Assembly (NCBI GenBank): GCA_001464765.1
Contig: LNDV01000025.1
Coordinates: forward strand, 247,679-311,678
Source: Betaproteobacteria bacterium Ga0077526
GTDB taxonomy: Bacteria; Pseudomonadota; Gammaproteobacteria; Burkholderiales; Ga0077523
Length of the DNA: 64,000 bases
Direction: 5' to 3'
Shown here: positions 59,165 through 64,000 of the stretch, in pieces
Layout of the letters: every line of letters starts with the position of its first letter
How positions within the stretch are numbered: the stretch's first letter is position 1
Position numbers and translations under genes: made by a program
The notes under the pieces: model-generated
Database searches by the model: none
Seen by the model: the letters and a program-made list of their open reading frames with translations, nothing else
Told to the model about the DNA's origin: nothing

Positions 59165-62116
59165 ATGACCGACGACAACTCGCCGGAAGCAGAAGGCACG
59201 GACGCCGCATCGGCTCCGCCCCCCTCTCCCAAACCGGCACGGTTTCCGGTCGTCGGGCTCGGCGCGTCCGCAGGCGGGCTGGAAGCGCTGCAGGGATTTC
59301 TGCGCAACGTCCCGGCCGACAGCGGCATGGCGTTCGTGGTCGTCTCGCACATGGACCCCGATCACCCCAGCATGCTGCCCGAGATCCTTCGGCGCGCCGC
59401 GATGATCCCCGTGACCGAGGCGCAGGACGGCATGGTCTTCGCGCCGAACCACGCTTACGTCGCACCGCCCAACAGCGAACTGTCCCTCGTGGCTGGCGCG
59501 CTCTGCGTTACCACGCCCGATCTGCCGCGCGGTCAGCGCATGCCGATCGACCATTTCTTCGAGTCGGTGGCGTCGGACCGCGGCGAACTCGCAGTCGGCG
59601 TGGTCCTCTCCGGGACCGGAACCGACGGCACCTTCGGCCTGCGCGCCATTCTGGGCAACGGCGGACTCAGCGTCGCGCAGGATCCCGCGACGGCCACGTT
59701 CGACGGCATGCCTGCCAGCGCGATCGCCGCCGGCTTCGCGCGCCGGGTGCTGCAGGTGGCCGAGATGCCCGCCGCGATCATTGCCGATCTGGACATCCGG
59801 CGCTCCGGCGTACGGCAGCCGCTGACGCCCGCGCAGATCCGGGGCCTCAACCGGGTCCTGTCGGCGCTGCGCTCCGTGAGCGGCCAGGATTTCTCGCACT
59901 ACAAGAAGGCGACTGTCTCCCGGCGCGTGACGCGTCGGATGCAGGTGCACCACATCGAGGACCTGGAGATCTACGCCCGGTACGTTCAGGAACATCCGAC
60001 CGAGGCCAGGGCGCTGGTCGCCGAACTGCTCATCAACGTGACCAGCTTCTTCCGGGACCCGGAAGCCTTCGCCGTCCTGAAGCGGGACGTGCTGTCGCGC
60101 ATCGTGGCCAGCGCAGCGGACGGCCACGTGATCCGCGTGTGGGTGGCCGGCTGTTCCTCGGGCGAGGAAGCCTATTCGATCGCCATCCTGCTCCGTGAGC
60201 TCATGGCAGAAACGCACGCCGCGCTGAAGGTCCAAATCTTCGCCACCGATGTCGACGATGATGCAGTCGCTCTTGCACGGGTCGCTGTCTATCCCGCCGC
60301 GAGCGTGGCCGGCGTAGGCCGCGAACGTCTTGAGCGATTCTTCGTAAAGGACGATTCGGGATACCGGATCTCGCGAGAGATCCGGGACATGGTGATCGTC
60401 GCCACGCAGAATGTCGTGAAGGACCCGCCGTTCACCAAGCTCGACCTCGTAAGCTGCCGCAACCTGCTCATCTATCTGGATGCCGCCGCCCAGGAGCAGG
60501 TGATCGCATCGTTCCACTACGCGCTGAAGCCGGGCGGCGCGCTGTTCCTGTCCCCGTCGGAGAGCATCGGCGATCAGACGGATCTCTTCGCCCCCGTGGA
60601 CCGCACGTGGAAGATCTACGAGGCAAAGCCCAAGGCCTCACGCACCCTGAACAGCTTGCCCGGTCACTCGGGTAGCCACGCGACCCAGTCCGTTCCGCAG
60701 AAACCCACGACAAGCCCGGAACCCAAACCCGCCCTGCTCAACCCGACGGAGATCATCCGGCGCGCGCTGCTGCAGTGGTTCGCCCCGCCGGCCGTGCTGA
60801 CCGACGCGACGGGCAACATCCTCTTCGTGCACGGCGAGACCGGCCGCTATCTGCGCCCGGCCCCCGGGCAGGCCACGTTCAACGTGATCGAGATGGCGCG
60901 CGAGGGTCTGCAACTGCCCCTGCGCAAGGCGTTTCAGCTGCTGCGCGACGACGCCAAGGGCAGCGTGGATGTCGAGGCCGCATTCCGCGCCGATGACGCC
61001 GATGAGATCGTGCGCCTCGGCGTTCGAGCGGTGAGCGCATCGGCAGGCGGCGAGACGCTCGCGCTGGTCACGTTCGAGGATCCCGCCGAGGCTTCCCGCA
61101 AGCTTCGCCGCAAGGCGAGCCGCCGCGGACCTGCATCGGTCCCGGTCCTGCGAGTCGAGGAACTCGAGCGCGAACTCGCCTACACGACGGAGAACCTGCA
61201 GGCCACCATCGAGGAGAAGCAGGCGGCCATCGAGGAACTCCAGTCGACGAACGAGGAACTGCAGTCCACCAACGAGGAGATGCAGTCCACCAACGAGGAA
61301 CTCGAAACCTCCAAGGAGGAGCTGCAGTCGGTCAACGAGGAGATGACCACCGTCAACGCCGAACTCCGCGCGAAGATCGAGCAGCTGGCCGGCACCCGGA
61401 ACGACCTCAAGAACCTGCTCGACAACATCAGCATCGGCACGATCTTCCTGGACCGGGACCTCGCCATCCGCAGCTTCACGCGGGAAGCGCTGGCCATCTA
61501 CCATCTGGTCAAGACCGACGTGGGCCGCCCGCTCAGCGACTTCAAACCGGACATCGACGAGGAAGACCTGCTCGCCGATGCCGAGGCCGTCATGGCCTCG
61601 CTCGTGCCGAGGGAGCGCGAGGTTCGCACCCCTGCCGGCGCCTGGTACCTCGCGCGGGTTCAGCCCTATCGCACGCTGGAGAACGTGATCGATGGTGTGG
61701 TGCTCACCTTCTCGGACATCACGCCGCGCGTCAAGGCCGACGCCGTGCTTCGCGAGGCCCGCGAGTTCGCCGAGGCCATCGTCGACACCGTCCGCGATCC
61801 GCTGCTGGTCCTCGACGAGAATCTCGATATCGTCGCCGCGAGCCGCTCCTTCCACGCGACCTTTCGCACGAGTGCAGCGGGCATCGTCGGCCACCGGTTC
61901 TTCGAGCTCGACGACGGACAATGGGATTCGCCCGTGCTCCGCGAGGCGCTGCAGCAGTTGCTGCCGCAGAATCGCGTCATCGAGGACCTCCAGATCGAGC
62001 GGCAGGTCCCGGGCAAGGGAATCATGAGGATCCGGCTCAATGCGAGGCGACTGCACGGCGAAGGGACGCCCAGCCCGAAGATCCTGCTGTCGCTGTCGGT
62101 CGACGGGACAGCGTGA
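59165..62116 (+). CDS. CheB methylesterase - CheR methyltransferase fusion protein with a coiled-coil and C-terminal PAS domains
   Basis: AAGGAGAAGGG SD. CheB catalytic motifs (VVGLGASAGGLEAL, GTGTDGT), CheR SAM-binding motif (VWVAGCSSGEEAYS), heptad repeats EELQSTNEELQSTNEEMQSTNEELETSKEELQSVNEEM, and PAS modules. Confidence 0.85.
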   Translation: MTDDNSPEAEGTDAASAPPPSPKPARFPVVGLGASAGGLEALQGFLRNVPADSGMAFVVVSHMDPDHPSMLPEILRRAAMIPVTEAQDGMVFAPNHAYVAPPNSELSLVAGALCVTTPDLPRGQRMPIDHFFESVASDRGELAVGVVLSGTGTDGTFGLRAILGNGGLSVAQDPATATFDGMPASAIAAGFARRVLQVAEMPAAIIADLDIRRSGVRQPLTPAQIRGLNRVLSALRSVSGQDFSHYKKATVSRRVTRRMQVHHIEDLEIYARYVQEHPTEARALVAELLINVTSFFRDPEAFAVLKRDVLSRIVASAADGHVIRVWVAGCSSGEEAYSIAILLRELMAETHAALKVQIFATDVDDDAVALARVAVYPAASVAGVGRERLERFFVKDDSGYRISREIRDMVIVATQNVVKDPPFTKLDLVSCRNLLIYLDAAAQEQVIASFHYALKPGGALFLSPSESIGDQTDLFAPVDRTWKIYEAKPKASRTLNSLPGHSGSHATQSVPQKPTTSPEPKPALLNPTEIIRRALLQWFAPPAVLTDATGNILFVHGETGRYLRPAPGQATFNVIEMAREGLQLPLRKAFQLLRDDAKGSVDVEAAFRADDADEIVRLGVRAVSASAGGETLALVTFEDPAEASRKLRRKASRRGPASVPVLRVEELERELAYTTENLQATIEEKQAAIEELQSTNEELQSTNEEMQSTNEELETSKEELQSVNEEMTTVNAELRAKIEQLAGTRNDLKNLLDNISIGTIFLDRDLAIRSFTREALAIYHLVKTDVGRPLSDFKPDIDEEDLLADAEAVMASLVPREREVRTPAGAWYLARVQPYRTLENVIDGVVLTFSDITPRVKADAVLREAREFAEAIVDTVRDPLLVLDENLDIVAASRSFHATFRTSAAGIVGHRFFELDDGQWDSPVLREALQQLLPQNRVIEDLQIERQVPGKGIMRIRLNARRLHGEGTPSPKILLSLSVDGTA

Positions 62117-62339
62117 CCCTCCCGCCGCAATTCGCCGCGCCGCCCGGGCAGGCGCAGGCGCAGGCGCAGGCCGAAAATCCTGCTCCAGTTGACCGTGATC
62201 AAGCCGATAATGTGTTGGCCATGTAGCTTCGGCAGGAGGGGGTCCGTTGTTCCTGCAACGTCGTCATGTCGACGCCAGGACAAGGCCGGGCAGGTTCGTC
62301 GCGTCCGGATACCGTCCCTCTCCCCCCATAGAGGGAGCC

Positions 62340-63749
62340 ATGCCAGCCAAATCCCAGAAGGTCCCGTCTCCCCCTCCCGGGCAGATCCCGGAGGCGCTCG
62401 CCCCTGCCGGCACCCCATCGGTGTCCGACCCGGGAGCGCCCTCCGCCGACGCGGGCCGCGTGGAGCACCTTCTCCAGGAGCTGCGGACCCACCAGGTCGA
62501 GCTGGAAATGCAGAACGCGGAGCTGCGGGCGGCGCAGCTCGCCCTCGCAGAGAGCCGGGACCGCTACCTCGATCTTTACGAGTTCGCGCCGGTGGGGTAC
62601 CTCACGGTCAAGACCACCGGCCGGATCACACAGATCAACCTGACGGGCGCCACCATGCTCGGCGCGACCCGCGCTGCGCTCCTCGCCGGATTCTTCGACC
62701 GGTTCGTTTCACAGGATTTCCTCACGCTCGCGCAGTCGGAAATGCGCGCAGCCGCGGTCGACGACACGCCGCGGCGCTGCGAGGTGACCCTCCGGCGTCT
62801 CGACGGCACGTCCTTCCATGCCCGCCTGGAGATGCGCCGTGTCCCGCCGGATGACGGCGGCGGATGCGTGCGCGTCGCCATGAGCGACATCTCGGACCTC
62901 CACGAAGCCCAGCAGGCCCTGCAGAAGTCACACGACCACCTCGAGGACATCGTCCGCACCCGCACGGCGGAAGCCGTCGTCGCGAAGGAAGCCGCGCAGA
63001 CCGCCAATCGCGCCAAGTCGGAATTCCTGGCCAACATGTCCCACGAATTGCGCACGCCCATGCATGCGATCCTCGCGTTCGCCCGGCTCGGCCTGCAGAA
63101 GTCGGGAGCAAACCCCGGCGGCGACCCGTCGCTGCACCACTACTTCGAGCGGATCGATCAGAGCGGTTCCCGCCTGCTGGTGCTGCTGAACGATCTGCTC
63201 GATCTGGCCAAGCTCGAGTCCGGCCAAATGCGCTACGAGATCGCCACGCACAACTTGCAGAGCATCGTCACCGATGTGATCGCGGAACTGGAACCCGTGG
63301 CGCTGGACCAGAAGGTGAACATCGTCGTCGGCGTCACCGCCAAGGACTCGATGGTGCTGTGCGATGGCATACGGATCGGCCAGGTCATCCGCAACGTGCT
63401 GTCCAACGCCCTGCGGTTCACACCGCCCAACGGGCATGTCTACGTCCGCCTCGAGGACGCGTCGCTCCCGGCACCGGGTCGGGCTGCCGCGGAGGAAGTG
63501 CGGGCGGCCATTCGTGTTGAGATCTGCGACGAGGGCGTAGGCATCCCCGAAGACGAACTCGAGGCCGTGTTCGAGAAGTTCGTCCAGAGCAGCAAGACCC
63601 GCACAGGCGCGGGCGGCACGGGGCTTGGCCTGCCGATTTCCCGCGAGATCGCCCAGCACCACGGCGGCACGCTGCGCGCGCTCCGCCACCAGGGTGTGGG
63701 CTCCGTTTTCGAGCTGGTCCTGCCGCGCGAGCCCGTTACGGGTCAGTGA
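62340..63749 (+). CDS. PAS-domain sensor histidine kinase (HisKA + HATPase_c)
   Basis: GAGGGAG SD. H-box FLANMSHELRTPMHAIL, N/G boxes (VLSNALRF, GTGLGL), an N-terminal coiled-coil and PAS. Confidence 0.85.
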   Translation: MPAKSQKVPSPPPGQIPEALAPAGTPSVSDPGAPSADAGRVEHLLQELRTHQVELEMQNAELRAAQLALAESRDRYLDLYEFAPVGYLTVKTTGRITQINLTGATMLGATRAALLAGFFDRFVSQDFLTLAQSEMRAAAVDDTPRRCEVTLRRLDGTSFHARLEMRRVPPDDGGGCVRVAMSDISDLHEAQQALQKSHDHLEDIVRTRTAEAVVAKEAAQTANRAKSEFLANMSHELRTPMHAILAFARLGLQKSGANPGGDPSLHHYFERIDQSGSRLLVLLNDLLDLAKLESGQMRYEIATHNLQSIVTDVIAELEPVALDQKVNIVVGVTAKDSMVLCDGIRIGQVIRNVLSNALRFTPPNGHVYVRLEDASLPAPGRAAAEEVRAAIRVEICDEGVGIPEDELEAVFEKFVQSSKTRTGAGGTGLGLPISREIAQHHGGTLRALRHQGVGSVFELVLPREPVTGQ

Positions 63750-63750
63750 G

Positions 63751-63912
63751 CCCCGGAGTCGTCGCTGCGCGACTCGTCCGGGCTACGAAAATACCCCGCG
63801 ACTTCGGTGGAGGCACCACACCCCGTAGCCCGGATGGAGCGAAGCGAACTCCGGGGGCGGTGGTCGCCACCGTGACGATGCCCCGGAGTCGTCGCTGCGC
63901 GACTCGTCCGTA
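63751..63912. repeat. Two copies of a ~30-bp palindromic (REP-like) direct repeat
   Basis: CCCCGGAGTCGTCGCTGCGCGACTCGTCCG at about 63751 and about 63883, containing the AGTCG...CGACT inverted repeat. Confidence 0.6.
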
Positions 63913-64000
63913 TATGGACTCCTCCCGGTTTGCAAGCAGAACGTTTGATGGTTTTTTGATCGACTGCGACCGTATATCCGGCCTCTGAGGTGGGCGTAGT

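Overview
This is a high-GC (about 68 %) proteobacterial chromosomal segment, read from the sequence and the six-frame ORF track only; no database search was possible. The ORF track shows GTG/TTG starts as M. Where I chose an internal start, I computed the coordinate from amino-acid offsets within a track ORF. Coordinates I read by hand (tRNAs, repeats, IS ends) may be off by a few nt.

The main blocks, in order:

- **1-7444 (minus):** a tetR-MFP-RND-MFP-RND efflux operon in which every gene junction is a 4-nt ATGA overlap.
- **7557-12588 (plus):** an AmmeMemoRadiSam locus. Here the MEMO1-like (B) and AMMECR1 (A) proteins are fused into one polypeptide. It is followed, with GTGA and ATGA overlaps, by the system's radical SAM enzyme and an 848-aa polytopic membrane protein with O-antigen-ligase-like motifs.
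- **12723-29710:** housekeeping genes, including a small PEP-CTERM protein, DsbD plus a thioredoxin-fold protein, EarP plus EF-P carrying Arg32, MFS, a WYL regulator, VOC, PsiF, glutathione peroxidase and a 1244-aa AsmA/DUF748-like protein.
- **30072-30245:** tRNA-Ala(GGC) and tRNA-Glu(TTC).
- **30246-49125:** what looks like an integrase-less genomic island of about 19 kb (or two tandem islands). It is punctuated at three places by copies of a roughly 150-nt highly structured repeat. Each copy ends in a mimic of the tRNA-Glu 3' terminus plus a terminator hairpin, and the right boundary is a 43-nt duplicate of the tRNA-Glu 3' half.
  - Stress module: three tandem-domain universal stress proteins, a P-type cation ATPase and a CPA2 antiporter.
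  - An IS630-family insertion sequence whose transposase has an in-frame stop after codon 8.
  - An 803-aa PEP-CTERM beta-helix-like protein and an SPFH protein.
  - A cluster of four tRNA-like sequences, two with Arg anticodons and mostly with a defective acceptor stem.
  - An excisionase-like HTH gene and a ParDE toxin-antitoxin pair.
- **49966-54419 (minus):** a multi-PAS GGDEF-EAL protein and an RsbQ-like hydrolase.
- **55148-58663 (minus):** a roughly 950-aa protein built from two families of tandem repeats with an unclassifiable C-terminal domain, followed by a 190-aa partner ORF.
- **59165-63749 (plus):** a CheB-CheR-PAS fusion and a PAS histidine kinase.

The best candidates for something undescribed are the tRNA-Glu-anchored repeat/island architecture, the fused AmmeMemoRadiSam-ligase-like operon, and the giant repeat protein with its partner.
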